Source: Styela clava
Taxonomy: Eukaryota
Assembly (NCBI RefSeq): GCF_964204865.1
Contig: NC_135256.1
Location: 19,654,001-19,718,000, forward strand
Direction of reading: 5' to 3'
DNA length: 64,000 bases
Position numbers and translations under genes: made by a program. Numbering within the stretch: position 1 is the stretch's first letter; the number at the start of each line of letters is the position of its first letter. This document shows, piece after piece, positions 25,825-40,548 of this stretch. Below the pieces are notes generated by a model. It saw only the letters and a program-made list of their open reading frames with translations, had not been told where the DNA came from and made no database searches.

Positions 25825-28800
25825 ATGGATCTATCCGATATACTTCTGTTTTTGTCTGTTCTCATATTTCCATGTAATGTATATGGAAAAGGCGTAGCTC
25901 CATTGAAAAGGCGAGTTTTAGGAGAAAGCCATCAAGCAGAACCAACATGTAAGTAAATTAATTGTGCTTCTAATATGAACTTGTAAACACATCAATCGTT
26001 ACAGTAAGTTGGTTCTTTAATTTCGAAGTAAAGGCGTCTGTTTTGTCCATCTCGTTTATTTTACATCCATCAGTTCAGGAGTTTATAGAAGGCCCAAAAT
26101 TGGCTAAACCAGGGTCTATGGCGCAATTGGGTCTCAACGCTTATTTTTATTTTTGAGATTTATCAAGTTGAAACCGAGCGCAAATGTTTGTTAGTTCCAC
26201 TCAAATACACATCACGAGAATGCTATTTGAAAAAAAAAAAATACTCGAAATTTTTAGTTAACACGCACAACGAAGTTAATTATTGATACCGGTAAAATAT
26301 GAAAGAATTTGTCAATATTTTTTCTCATGGAGAATAGCAGTCGACTTGGGTGCAATTTTTATTTAACCTGGCCTAGATGACCAAATTTCTTGTGATACTA
26401 CAGTCCATCAAAACTTAAATCATATTTTATCTACGAACTCCGTACAGAAAGATAAAAAGCCATGTTTGAATGTTCACAATTGCTCTTTCCTCGATCATGA
26501 GTTTTTCTATTCGTCTGCTACTTTATTGATACTGTGCAGTTGCTAGTTGGCAGAAATAAACATAACTTATATAACTGTGTTTCCTTTTATCAATTTAGGG
26601 CTTTGCATACAGAAGTTGAAAGCGGGAAAAACATGGAAAACTATCAATACACCGGGGTATCCAAAGGCATTGAATATGAAACATTCGCGATGTACATGGA
26701 AGTAAATATGTATTGTATTGTACCATTATGTTATATTAGAGTACAATATATGAATTATATTTTTATTATTAATTCGATTCGGATTCAGCATGAAAAACTT
26801 CCTGCTGTTGTTTGGCAACTTTCATATTTCAAGTATCGACTCAAAAGATTGCCCGGGGCCACGCATACTATGTCGAAGACTTTTAGTATAGTTTAAAATT
26901 AATCAAAAACGTTTTTGTATTGTAAAACACAGAAAACCGTAACCAGTGTAACTTTTTGCGAGCCGGTTTATATCCTGAGGCCGTTTGTTCTGTGGTCGCA
27001 ATACAAAGCTGAGAAGTTGTGAATTTTGTGATGGTTCTAGCATGGTCGTTAAAAGTTCAAGGCTCGAGGGAATATTAATGCGGCTATTGTGCCAAATGTT
27101 GATGGCACATAATAGCGTTATCTTTACACAGTAGCGTTCGCTTGAAATCCGAACCAATCCATATTTTTAGAGAGAAATCCGAAACTTCGGAAAATTGCTC
27201 GTCCCATTAACACCGTGTTTCTTGTTAGATCATATATATCATAATATAACGTATAGGTATCCTCGTCAAAATTCACACTGATTTCGTCACTTACTAACTG
27301 GCAACCGTCGATTTGTACGAGGTAAAGTGCGTTGAATTCATGATAAAGTTAATTATTAATAAGTATAGAAGCACATTCCATATGTCTGCTATCATAGCTC
27401 TATCTAGTGGTAATATGAAGTGATTTTTTGAAATACACACAAAGTATATCTGGAATACTATAATGTCTCCTGAGTCTATTTCACGGTATTTTTATAGCGC
27501 TCTGCTCTGTTCCCTAAAATTTGCAAAATAGCCCACTGTACCTTAAAAATTATATTTCTAAAATAAACTTTGATATTTTAAGAATTACTGCACCGGGAAA
27601 GCTACATATTCGAATAGCATTCCGAGGAATTGACTTGTATGCTGAAGATACCGACCATTGCTCGTCCAATTATTTAGAAATCATCGATGAAGTTTTAGGG
27701 AAGTCTCAAGGACGAATGTGTGGACGGAAAACTAGTGGTGACATTGTATCGCAAGGTAGGTTGCATCCTTTTTTAGTATTTTGTTTCGAAATCATCATAG
27801 TTTTCCAATTTTTATGAGATGTTTCACTGCAACCCAACAGGTAACAAACTTAGAATGGATTTACAAAGAGACCCGTCTGAGAAATACCAACGAGGATTTT
27901 CTCTTAGCTTCATGGCAACGAAAGCTAAATCGGGATTCTATTGTAAGTTAATTGTAAATTATTTGCTTTTTCACAATTCTGATAAATTTGCCAATGATGT
28001 TGATTCATACGTATTCAATTAAAGCAAAGAAAAGTTTCAACGGAAAACCACTCCCACCGATGCGTCGTCCAAAAACAAAAGATTCTGACCTGGAAGATAA
28101 AAAGTCCGAGAAGAAAGAGACGAATAAAAAATCTACAAGTAAATCAGAAGGAAAAAAATCTGGACCTATGATGATCAATTCGGACGGTCAACTAGTTGCA
28201 ACCGATATTACACGTATGTCAATTGATTTGCATTCTTACAATATTTTCAAGTGCATATATATATACAACTCCTGATTTTATCTAGAAGATCATCCCATAA
28301 AACGCCAGATCAACAGCGGAAGTAATAATGAACGGTTCAAGCCCATTGGCGGGAGTTCTGATGCCGAAAGTGGCATGTCTACGCTAACTATAGTCGGTAT
28401 AGTTGTAGGTGGGGTTATTGGACTAATCATCATTTTCCTTATTCTTCGAAAGCTTTTTATGAATAATAAAAACAAGGACAGAGAAAAAGAAGGAGAAGCT
28501 GTGGGGACCAATTCCGGATTACCGAAGATAAACATGACACACGTAATCTATTTTTACATTCTAATTTATCATTTGGTGAAATTTATTGCAATTCCATTGG
28601 ATTTCAAAGAAATGTGCTCTTTCATGGAGCGGCGGATTTAACAATTCATTGATTGCTATCTTTGCGATCGGATCATGCGGATCCAGTAGCACATGAGTCG
28701 AGAAAAAATCATTAGCTAAGAACACACTACCCCCGCTTTGCAACCCTATATGTTCTGAATATTTTTCGCACTTGTTTGCAAACTATTTTAAGTCTTATCT

Positions 28801-30307
28801 CCCTTGTAGTATCAATCTTTATTGTAGCTATAATAATTAAACACCAGGTATAATGTACGAGGAATATACGAAAGATATTGTTCATTTTTTTTTATCAATT
28901 CTCCATAATGATATATTTATTCGCCTGTGTTACAGGACAACGTCGTCTGTGCAAAGAGAAATATACTTGCCCCAACTGTCGTAGTTGGTCAAACCAGAAT
29001 TATGAATCATTCCATGCATTTACGTGAAGGAGCAGTATACCCAGACACCGACTCAAATAACTCAGATCCGCCACCTGATTATAGAAAGTTGAGCCTTCAT
29101 CATGGAAATGCAAACGCCAGAACTATCTCAAACATGCATAACGCACATACACAAAGCAGGCACGGAATGACAAATGGGGCTTATCTGGAAGATCCTGAAC
29201 TCGAAATGAAAATGAAGTCCGTGTCCTCGAGAACGCTAAATGAAAGAAAATCAAATAGAAGACCAGCTGGGAGGTCAAATTCCTCTCATGCAAAGAAAGT
29301 GCCGTATCGATACAATAATAAAAGAAGCCAAGGCCCAGATCAGAAAAAAGCAATTGAAGCTCTGAATAACGAAAAATTTTGCGAATTTGACAGTATATAC
29401 ATGCAGTCACAACAGCAACAACCAAGGATAATTTCTACAAAAGAAACCAAAGTTTTTGACAGACACGGAAACGAAATGCCAAAATTTAAATCTAGACAGT
29501 CTTTGGTAAATCAACGTTATGGATCTGGCAACGATGGTTCGATAGACAGTGGAGATTCCGATGTTTTTTTGCCGAAATCTCCAAATTACAAGAGCAAATC
29601 AAGCAAACATGATTTACCAGACTTTGGTAACAATATGGGGGTGGCCGGGAGAAACTATAGAGTCAAGGAAAGAAACAATATAAAAAGTGGTAAGTTTCCA
29701 AACGCAATATAAATCAACTCGGCCTATCCCATGTTTAAAATAATAAATTGTGATAATCAAAGTACGCTGGTAGCGCTAGTAAGCCAGATTCCAGTTTCCC
29801 TAGCATAACTTCGTTCGTATCGACGTTAGTATTTTACTTGTAATTTTGATAAATTGAGAAGACAACTGTAATATTGTATTGGCACCATGCACTGTGAAAC
29901 CTAAATAAAGATTCAATCACCGACATTCACGGTTGTGGGCGCAATCCGCTTTATCCAATATAAATCATTTTAAAAATCGTTGTCATTTAACGTTCGATGT
30001 AAGTCAATACATATGATGGTATTTTACATCTGTAGGTCGTTCAAGAACTTTGGAAGCTGAAACTAGACAATTTAGAACAAAGGAACATGTTGCATTAAAA
30101 AAACGAAATACGACCGAAGGCGCAACTGGAAGGCCTGAACACGAATCACGAAAAGATGACAGATTGCGACACTCCGTTAAGAAGAGAGGCTACAATCATG
30201 AAAAGGACAACAATATTGATAGTTTCGGTCAAAATAGAAATAGGTTCATCGAAGAAAAACAATCTCCAAACTTGCCACGTCATATAGTTCCTTCTTGCAG
30301 AAGGTAA
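25825..30307 (+). CDS. Uncharacterised type I membrane protein: signal peptide, one CUB domain, TM helix, long disordered cytoplasmic tail (8 exons, ~657 aa)
   Basis: Exons 25825-25948, 26599-26701, 27583-27755, 27841-27942, 28025-28213, 28286-28542, 28936-29689 and 30036-30307 (phases close). SP MDLSDILLFLSVLIFPCNVYG; CUB motifs INTPGYP...RCTWKITAP...CSSNYLEIID...GRMCG...SQGNKLRMDL...RGFSLSF; TM LTIVGIVVGGVIGLIIIFLIL-RK. Confidence 0.8.
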
Positions 30308-30862
30308 AATTTAGGGAATCCCACGTCAAGCGATTGATGCCTTCTCTTTAACACCGATTATGTATGTTGGGGAATCGAACTACTTCTGATAGGTATAATA
30401 CGCTAATCTTTAAGATCTATCTTACAAGTAATTTGCTTATAATATTGATCTTCTCGTATTCGAAATGGGGTAGTTCTTCGGTTTTTAATAAAGTATCATC
30501 GGAGGGACTAATATCATACTAACGTAAAAATATAAGAATAATACGAACTATTTTTCCATGATAATTGGATATAGTCGTCTAATATATCTGCTCTAGCCCG
30601 TATTTATTCGACATTATCACTTTGTTTTCACTTTTCAGCCTCGGTTACGCTTGAAAAATGAAATAAACATATATCAAATATTCTCATTCTGCTTGTAACA
30701 ATTTTTTTTAATCAATATGCCCAAAAATTTTAAAAGCAAGGTGTTTTTAGTCAAGACTTGAATGTTTGTTAATAAATGTGTTGACTTTTATTATACATAT
30801 ATTGTTTTATTTCCGTGATAAAATAGAATGTGAGTGTCGTCGTTGAATTCACCCTTTTCCAA

Positions 30863-33800
30863 TTAAAAATTGATTCCTGTCGTCTCGGAAATCCAATCCA
30901 GATAATTCCCAACTTTTGCGTAGACGCCAGGAGCCTTTGGTTGGGCGCATCCATTTCCCCAACTTACAACACCCCAAGAGTAGTAACGTCCTACGAAGAA
31001 ATTAGAAATTGCAAAAACAGTAACGCACAATAACTTTTGTGCCGTAAAAACATAAGGTCAACTATCACATACAGAAGGATTTCAATAACTCGTTTCATTT
31101 TTAACGATTGTTAGAAATATAATTCAAAGCTTTGACAATGACAACAAAAAAGTGTTAGAATCTTACCATCCGCGACGTCTTGGCAAGATAATGGTCCTCC
31201 CGAATCTCCTTGACAACTATCAATTCCGCCACTGAGATATCCAGCACACATCATGTCTTTTTTTAATAGATTTTTGTATTCGCTTTCACGCTTGCATTTC
31301 TTGTCCGATATGAGGGGTACAGCCGCCTCTTGGAGAATTGGAGTATATGTTCTTGTGGCTGTATACACATTAGAGATATTGATGATTGGTGATTTTACAA
31401 TATATATGTTTTTTACGCGTCTTTCACTCCGAACAAAGTGTGTATAACTAATTCTACGTGAGGAGCTATTAGGTTCTGGAAGAACCGGAATCTTTTTAGT
31501 TCAACATTGTGTTGTGTCGTGAACCCGAAGAATAGACGATGTTTGTAGATATTTAAAATGTATTTCAGAAACACACAGTCATTGACTGAAGCATCAACAA
31601 AAGAAGAGCGAGAGTGAAATAAGGTCACTCATGCATGAAATAAGGGGAGCCATAACAAAGTGTACCACACATTGCTTACTCAATTTTTTACATCCTTGGC
31701 GCGGTGGTGAAATACGATATTTACCCTGTGATGCCAACATTGATAAGTTCAACGATATATATAACCATGTGCAGATTTGCACACAAAGTGTTAGGCTCAC
31801 GTATCATATCAATACTCACATTTTGCTGATAATTTTCCCCAGCCTGTAACGTGGCATATTGTTTTTTCGCTAAACTGCTCTGGAGATTTTGGAACACATA
31901 TTAGTTGAACGGCATCTGTAAGTTGTGCGCATTCTCCAGTTTTAGATTCAAGCTACAGAAAATAAATGAATGAAATTGAAATAACATTAAAAATAACATA
32001 CAAAATGTTTTCATGTTTCTTCCGAAACAAGTAGTATACCTTTATCAAAGCCATATCGTGTTCTTTAGTAGTTGAGTTATATTCAAGTTTGAATAGTTCA
32101 CCTATCTTAAACTCCTGTTCTGTACCGTCGTCTGTTCCTGTGATATGATCACCCAGGCGTATGGTGTAGTATTTTAGAGGATATTTACGTCTGGAATATA
32201 AGATAGTTATTTACAATATATTCCCTCTTGAATTTTTCATATATATGCGTACAGCAATCGGCACATATGTATGAAATTAATAAGCTCGCAAAATAAATAC
32301 GGAATATCACAAGGGTACTTACTCGAAACAGTGGGCTGCCGTGAGTACCCAACAAGGATGAATTAGCGATCCTCCGCACCAGTAGGTCCAAGGTAACCAA
32401 ATTCCCGCCTGCCAAGGCCACTCATGCGGATTAGCTCCTGAACCACCGACAACTCGCGCTTGTGGAGCTTCCACGAGACTTTCTGGTGGTTTCACGCCGC
32501 AATTATTCACTATTGGCGTAGTTGTTGCAATTGTTGTTGGCGAAGTTGTTGCAGCAGTTGATGCTGGTATTGGGGTCGTCGTCAAAACAGTGGTTGTTTC
32601 TGAAATCGAATTAATTTTGTGTCTGTGATACATCGCGTTCTATTTTGCGCTAGTATATCTTTTTCAGTATATATAAATATCAGGCACAACACAAGTACGT
32701 TTCACAATAGTTTGAACTATTTCATACACCGTGTTCATTTGAAAATCGGTAGTTTAACTCAATTCATTGTACAACTGTGCGTTATTTGCTAGGTAGAAGC
32801 TTTTTGCAGATATCCCCCGTTTAAAAGCAAAATTACCCACCAGCCATACGCATTCTATAGAATAATAGGAACTTTCGTAAATCCCATGAAAGTAGTTTTC
32901 ACCAATCCTACGCACCATCACTAATCAAAATATGATATTACCATCCGTGAGGCAGACAACGCCTGCTTCATGATCGACTCTGCATTTTGTTTCTCCCCAT
33001 CCAGCATCTCTGCAATCTTCAAGATTTGATTCTCTCCCGATACAACGCACGTTATCCAACTTGTACCCTCTGGTGCTTCTCTCAAAACTACCACCGTTCA
33101 ATGCTTCCGAGGCTCCCCTAAAAAATAGTAACAAAAACTCGTTGCTTGTAAGTACATACATTATAACCAGCCCTGTCATAATTATTCTTACAGCTTTCCG
33201 CTTTTAAAATCTTCGTATTCAATTTAACCATTTACTCACCTACTGTACCCCAATTGACGACAGACCACGTTTGCTTCTCGAATAGTCCATTTTGTGTCAC
33301 AAATAAGGCCAAATTGCAGTCCTTTCGAGACTTCAACACGCCCCTCAAATGGTCCCGATCCTCCTCTCAAGCGAATTTTCATTGGTTCTAACAAAACAAG
33401 ATAATTGAATATTATCTTTCCCGAATATTGATGTCTAATATGAAACAATTTTTACTTGATTTTACCGCATTCAGATTCGTCTTCGCCGCCTTCACAATCA
33501 TTTGTAGAATCACAAACTTGGTTATAGGCAATACAAACTCTATTCTTGCATCTGTACTTGTGGTCTGCAGCGCAATCTGAAACGTGAACGAGCCGATATT
33601 AAATAAAATATGAAGAAGACAAAAAATACGAAATAAGAACACAGCATATGAAAGTTGTTTGATCAAAATATTTGCATACCTTCTCTGATTTCTCGAAGCT
33701 TGTAATGAACCCATTTCTTGGATTTTCTTAATTCTTTCGGCGCTGATGGGGAGTACAGAAGACATATTTGTGATTTCTAAAAGTAAATAACGTGAACATT

Positions 33801-36800
33801 TTTAAAAATCCGCTCTCTTGATCCTATTTGGGAATATGGATATTGTTTTACGTTCGCATTTTTACTTATGTACTTCTTAGCGTGGTATTTTCACTCTGCG
33901 AGAACGTGGGGGTTCTCATGCTCAAATTCTTAAGGTTTTTCCGTTCAAGTACCGCCATTGACAACATTCACGTGGAAATGATTAGATGACATACATCACC
34001 AAAGATTCATAATACAAGAGGCAGTAAGATGCCATATGTATAAGCCGTGTGTTTAAATTTCCTTCTGTAATAAATATGTGTCCCACCTAGGGGTGAAGCG
34101 ATTTGAATTTTAGAAAACAACAATTTCAATAGGTGTAACGGAAAGCAGAGAAAATAGGAAATGAATTTTTTGAAAGACACTTCTGTTTTACTTCTGTATA
34201 TTTTGTATTGTTTAGTCTGGTAGTTAAAAAGCAAAACAGGGCCCATCACCGTAAACATTCCCAACGACAATAATCTGCCAAAAAGGTTCATATAGCTCCA
34301 TTTCGTATGCAGTAATATCGAAGAAAAAAGTTGTCAGAGGCATCTTGGGCATCCGCTTGGTTATATTCATTTGGTCAAAAATTGTTCGTTCATTATAGGA
34401 ATATATTGCTGTTGAGTAAAATTATTATTCAGAAATAGTTCTCTTATGCCATTCTCGCTTTTAGGATCACAAATCTATGTACATTTTGTATATCTGACAA
34501 AACCAGAATGCTACGATCTAATAGTTTTCAGTACCTTGTTGAAATCAAATGACGCACACACAAATTCTGTTTCCTCTTTGCATTTTTGTGCACACATGTA
34601 AGCATTCATGTTCGTCCATTCAACTTCTGACTTTCGCGTGCGTAACTTTCTGCCGTCGGTTTTTGTGAATGCTTCCAGGAAACGTTCTGGAAAAGGAAAT
34701 AGGTATTTCGTATTGGTTGTCTAAAAGTAAAGATCATAATAGACAGTCTTGAAATAATTACGTCACCGTATTGGAGATTTCAGTTCTTCGTGAATTGAAT
34801 ATTTTGCTTTTTAAATTCTAATTCGAAATAATATTGTTTGTTAATGTATACATACATCTTGAAAAATATATTGGGAAATATGTTGGGCAAGCATTTGTAC
34901 AAAAACGAATATTCCGATATGGCTTTTGAATGATGACAATAACTATTTTAAATTTATTCTTCACAATATTCAATATCATTTGGAGTGATGCTTAAAGATA
35001 GCCACCTATTAAACCGAACATCATTTTTTATAAAATGGAAAAATTTAAAAATATTTTAAAATATGGAAATTATTATTTGTTCGTACAGAATTATCTGTAT
35101 ATTTATCGTGGCGTTAAAAATCATTGGTCATACCACATTCTCTTTCATCGCTTTTGTCAATACAATCCGGTTCTCCGTCACATAAAAATTCGTTCGATAT
35201 ACATCCACCTCCCGACGGACCACACCAGTATTGATCTTTGTTGCAATTTTCTGCAATTCGAATAAAACTAATGTATTGAAGCGATCAATACAGGTCAAAT
35301 AAAGATAACAAAAAGTCAGAGATGTAGATAACTATTATTCGATTTTTAATTTTTTTTTTTGTATATATTTATTAATATATAAAACACAGTTGATCGGTAC
35401 ATCTACAACATTATTAACCACTAATCATAAACAATACACGATTCATCATATAAAATAATCAGTAATTGTATCATAAAATTTTTCATTTTTGATCATGTTT
35501 CTTTATTTTGCCATTTTTATATGCAATGAACCGTTCAATTTCCCTCACTTCATACAGATATGAGGTAAAAACATTAAACAGTGGTTTCTTTTTCTGTATC
35601 TTACAACGATATAGATAAAACATGGGCAGCAAGAAGTATGCAGTTATACAATTTGTTATAAAAATTAAAAACATATCCCAACATGCAATCTCTCTTTGAA
35701 AAGTTAAAATTAATCCCTGTTTTTGAGTATATACACAGGTTTACACAGTTTCTCAAAACTGTTGAACAACTATACAATCTTAGAAAAGGTGGCTGATAGT
35801 TTCAACATTGGAATGACAGAATTCACATGACTCTGATGAAACAAGTTTAAATTTATACAATCTATCGTTTAGTACTATTTTTAATTTAGTTGAAAATAAA
35901 ATTTAGTTATCTAATACACCAACCAGAGATATGATATTTTAGACATTTGGCTAAAAGTTTCTTGCCCTGCTTAGTTAGGTTTTTATATGAAGATTTTTAC
36001 ATCGAGACAAAATTGAGAAAACAAAACAATGCTTCCTTGACAAAATTATATTTGAAGTATTTACATTGTTGCTCTATCATAGTAACAATGCGTTCAGATC
36101 AGCGCATTTATTGGTTGCGGGTATTTTCCCCCAAACTATACGTACATAATCGCTTCCTTTCCCTACAGGACATATTCATCTAATTCTGTATTCACCGTAA
36201 CTGTAGTCATTGTTAAATTGCGCATCTTTTTATATTCATTACATTATCTATCAAGTTATATTTGTGATAGAATATAAGAAAATCAATCGTTTTCGGTAGG
36301 AGTCGCGGAAGCAACTTATAATTACCACTGTTGCAATTCTCTTCGTCAGATCCCCAAGGACAGTCACTCATTCCATCACAAACGTATGTTGGTGTGATAC
36401 ATCGATCGCCTAATTTACAATTCATTTCTGACATTTTGCATGTAACTCCAGTAGATCCAGAATCTTCTTTTGGACCTAAATATCCTGCAAAGTAATATAC
36501 ATTTTTAGAAGATTTCAAAGCAAATGTCAGCAAAACAAGCAAGCATTTTGACAAGTTGAATGTTTTGATTTCTCATTGATAATATGTAATGGTCATTTGT
36601 GATTCAATTGATGCCTGTATCGAGATCTCAATTTGTTGTAAATTTCATTCTAGATAATAAAAAGTGGTAACATGATCAACCTGGTTGGTCGCTAAAATAG
36701 CTTTTACCTGAGCATTTAACTGCTGCTAATTTTTCTTTCTTACAAGTATAATTCTGTTTTACTTTTTCCCCAAAGCAATCTGTCAAGCTCCATTCTTCAC

Positions 36801-39293
36801 CTCGACATTGAAGCTTACGAAGATACTTCGCAGAATATTTCAGTTCACCTGGAATCTTTTTTGCACCCAATTGCAAAGCCTTGCCTGTTCTGATAAGTAA
36901 TAAAAACAAATATTTTTGATTTTTTTCATTTGTGTTAAGTAGATGAATGAATTTTGACCGTAATCGCACGACAGCGTTTTTCGTTCTGGTGAACATTTTG
37001 GTCTATGCTTCTTTTAAATTGCAGTTTGAGACATGAGATTGGGGCTATGCATTGGCTCATGGAAGTCGTAGCCGGAGTCTTATATTAAAACTCATGACAG
37101 TCAAAGTCAAATTTTGGCGCTTCGAACAGTCTATGTATACGCTGAAGTTTTTATGAACAAAATTTGGTTTACCAAAAGTTCGGAATTCGAGTCGGAGACC
37201 AATTTATATCAATCTGGAGTCGTTGTCGAATTCAAAGTCCTGAACCCGATTTCTGAATACTTCGACATTACAGCGGTAAGGTAAATATCTAGCGGTACGG
37301 TTTTTATTAGTCAGGCTATTTATCAACTTTAGAATGGAAACGCGTAATGGATTCAATTAGCTATGACTGAAGTAAGCTCAACCAGCATTTGTAGACAGCT
37401 TTTCACAGAACGTATATATAAAAAAAACTCCCGAGAAAAAAACTTTCTACATTCATATAGTTGAAGTACGCATAATACTATACCTGTAATTCAAATATTT
37501 GCAAACAACTTTTGCTGAATTAGGACTCCAACTATCTCCACATATCGTGCCCCAACTTTCCATTTCCTTGTGGTATATTTGTACAATTCCGTAACCACAA
37601 TTTTTCTTTGGTTTTTTCTTCAGGCATTTTAGTTTGATATCACCCTATTGTAAAAAAAACTAGATATGGATTTTGAGTTTTTTTATTGTGAAAACCTGTA
37701 ACTCGAGTTAGTGACTCAAAAACCACTGAATGTTGTTAAAAAATAATTAGCTCCTAGGTTAGATTTCAAAACAATGTTGCTATAAGGCAAGATGAAGTAT
37801 CATTCTGATATTGCTAAAAAACGGAAACGGGACGACAATTAAGTTGGCTCCACCAAAGTAATTCGAGATGGCGTAGAATGTGCGCAAAGCGTGCATTGCT
37901 TCTACCTTTAAATGGTGAACAAAGGGGCCATGAGTGCCTAACTAAAGCTTTCTGCATGGGGCAACAAGTCATCGAAGGTTGGGAACCATTGGTTTAGGAG
38001 AAAAACTTTCATTGATCTAAGTACAAAGTTAGAAGACATGGGTATATATAATTGCTTGCTTTGGCCAATGTACAGTGTTACTTACTGTGAAGCTGCCTTC
38101 ACTTCTCCATGCAGGTCGTGATTGACCTGTTGTCGGAGATTTTGTCGTAAAAACCGATGCCTCTGTTGTAGTTTCTTCTGATTGGTGATATTCGTCTTCT
38201 GTATCTGAGGTCTGATGCCAACCAAACTCTCTCGTCCACTCAAAATCATCGTTGCTCGAAAATATGTGGAAATACGGGTTGTGAAAAGTATTTCTGGAGT
38301 CTGAATGAATACATATGTATATATATATACTATATATGTATATGTAACTAATGTCATTTTATGCTGAGATATTATTTATACGATTTCCTGGAATAGCCAT
38401 GTGAGCTTGGAACTGTTTTATGTTAGGATTGCATTTCTGGGGCGACTACTTTGGTGAAGAAAGGTCACTTTCCTGCTAATCAATGGACCAGTCAATTTCA
38501 AATCGCCAGGATAACATTATTTTTTTTTTTCATTCTCAGTCTCACGAAATTTCATATTTTACCCAAAATTTCGATGTTTTACTTTTAAAGGGAACATTGG
38601 TTTTTATTTCCTCAAGCGACGATCTCCGTCACGGATTTCTGTCGTTCTACGAGTTCAGTAGTCAGCCTTACCAAGTACCGGATAAGCATGCGGCAATTCT
38701 TGCCCGTTAATCTTCTAGGTAACAAGTATGTTGCATTAACCAAATAAATGTCTCAATACTACATTTAGCGTAACATGGACAACAAATAGTGAAATTATAT
38801 CATTGAAAATATATATTGTCATCGAAATAACAATCTTTGACGCAGTGATTTGACCCGCTTGTCTATGTGTTCAAGTATTGCTCTCATGTTGCTTATATCA
38901 ACAATCGCATTTTTTTTGGTATTCTGATCATAATATGTATTTCAAACGACTTATTACCCCGTGGTTCTCACCTGTGAAATATGAATTATATCCCCACTTC
39001 GAGTTTGCAAACTTTCCACTGCGACCCTGTCTGTTCCAATCGTCTGCACTGTCGAAGAAATCATCTTGTATCCTCGACTTTCCTGGGCTTTTTGGTGCAG
39101 GTCGTTTTTTCCCCCCATGTGGTCCCTTTCCCCGCCCTACTGGCCCGTAAATATAAGATTTTCCCCCTTTCTTTTGAGGGCGGCCTCGCCCAGGGCCAGC
39201 TTTCTTTCCTCTTTTGCTTTCGACAGCAGGAAAATACAATGCTACTAGCATATGAAAAGCTAGAGTTATTAGAATAATCTTTACTCCTGCCAT
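30863..39293 (-). CDS. Secreted modular trypsin-like serine protease, SP-basic-SRCR-LDLa-LDLa-PAN-LDLa-SRCR-Thr linker-trypsin (TRAMP/Tequila/neurotrypsin-like; 16 exons, ~906 aa)
   Basis: Exons 39293-38972, 38300-38086, 37644-37484, 36889-36708, 36484-36326, 35250-35134, 34686-34535, 33776-33680, 33576-33466, 33387-33240, 33117-32942, 32599-32323, 32190-32040, 31952-31820, 31358-31167 and 30990-30863 (sum 2721 nt). Activation site R|VVGG; triad LTAAHC, HDMALI, GDSGGP; S1 Asp in GIDSCQ; SWGNGCA. Confidence 0.9.
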
Positions 39294-40377
39294 TGTCTAT
39301 ATTTTCCTGAAAATTGAATTTCTGAGATTGTATAATTATTGTCTGACTATAATTAGTTATATGATTCTTTTGAAGTACAATGGCAGTCATCATCCTTGCA
39401 CTTTGATCTATCAATTATGTTTACTTATGAATTTATGATTTATTCTAGCACGAAAAATTCCCATTAGCAACCGATTTCTTTGCGCAAACGTGAATACAAA
39501 TATAAGCAAAACAAAGTAATCGTTCAAGAATGACACCAAAAGTTATAATGAAACAAAACACCTAATTAATTATATGTCAGGCCTGAGTAGTCACTTTTTA
39601 TTGACTTTTACTCAATATAATAATATCAAATAGAAGAGATGGAGAATTAATCAATATTTGAATATTCGCTCAAACTTATTTACACATAAAAATTCATAGA
39701 TAATAGCTGAACAATTCGAGATATTCAATTACCAATTAACATAATGAAAACAGGATTTGATATAGAAAATCCAAGCGCACCAACGAAGGATTTTAGCGGC
39801 GAAGCCGGCCGAAAATGAAACTAAAATACCAAATATCAAACGATCTGATATCGACTGATTCGAGATCTATTTTCGATACCACTGCACTTTAGTATGTAAT
39901 AATAAACCAAACGATGAAATCGGCTAACCATACTTAATTGACTAACGAATTTAGCAACGATATTTGCAGACTCCATTCGATCTGCTATTATATCGATATC
40001 ATAATCACAAAGAAAGCTTTCTATTGTTATGATATAATTTCTCACAAATGCGATGTGCTAAATAACTGCTACTGAACAAACACCTTAACTCAAAGTTTGT
40101 TTAGACGAATTCGCACAGCTCTCATATTTTGGGTTTAAAGTTATAAAACGGTAGAAGTAAAATTCATTGTAGCTTCATGCGAAAGGGTTTCAAATGGGCC
40201 CGCTCAACAGTCGTTTGCCAATGTTCTATAAAGCCTAAGCAAATTTCTACCACAACCACTATTTACTTTTCAACAAAAACAACAAGGATACTTATATATT
40301 ATTTATACCATCATTTCGAAACAATGACACTATTCCCATCAAAAAGGGAAGGTGTCAAAATTGTATATGAATAATCC

Positions 40378-40548
40378 GGTTCCCGTACATTTGAACCCAC
40401 GACAATTGCACCTGCATACTATTGCACCTATGGAAATATTTTTGTTTTGCTGATATTTGAACCCATACTAACCCTAACCCATGGGTTTTAGCACCCGCAT
40501 ATAGATTGAACCCTCGTATATACACATGGGTTCAAATGTACGGTCATC
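40378..40548. mobile_element. Merlin/MULE-like MITE (family A), copy 2
   Basis: Same TIRs and body as 5410-5596, with TSD gaataatcc/aaataatcc. Confidence 0.85.

Noticed and set aside
36060-36215. Extra protease exon
   Set aside because: No clean reading frame or domain motif, and the flanking exons already join in phase.
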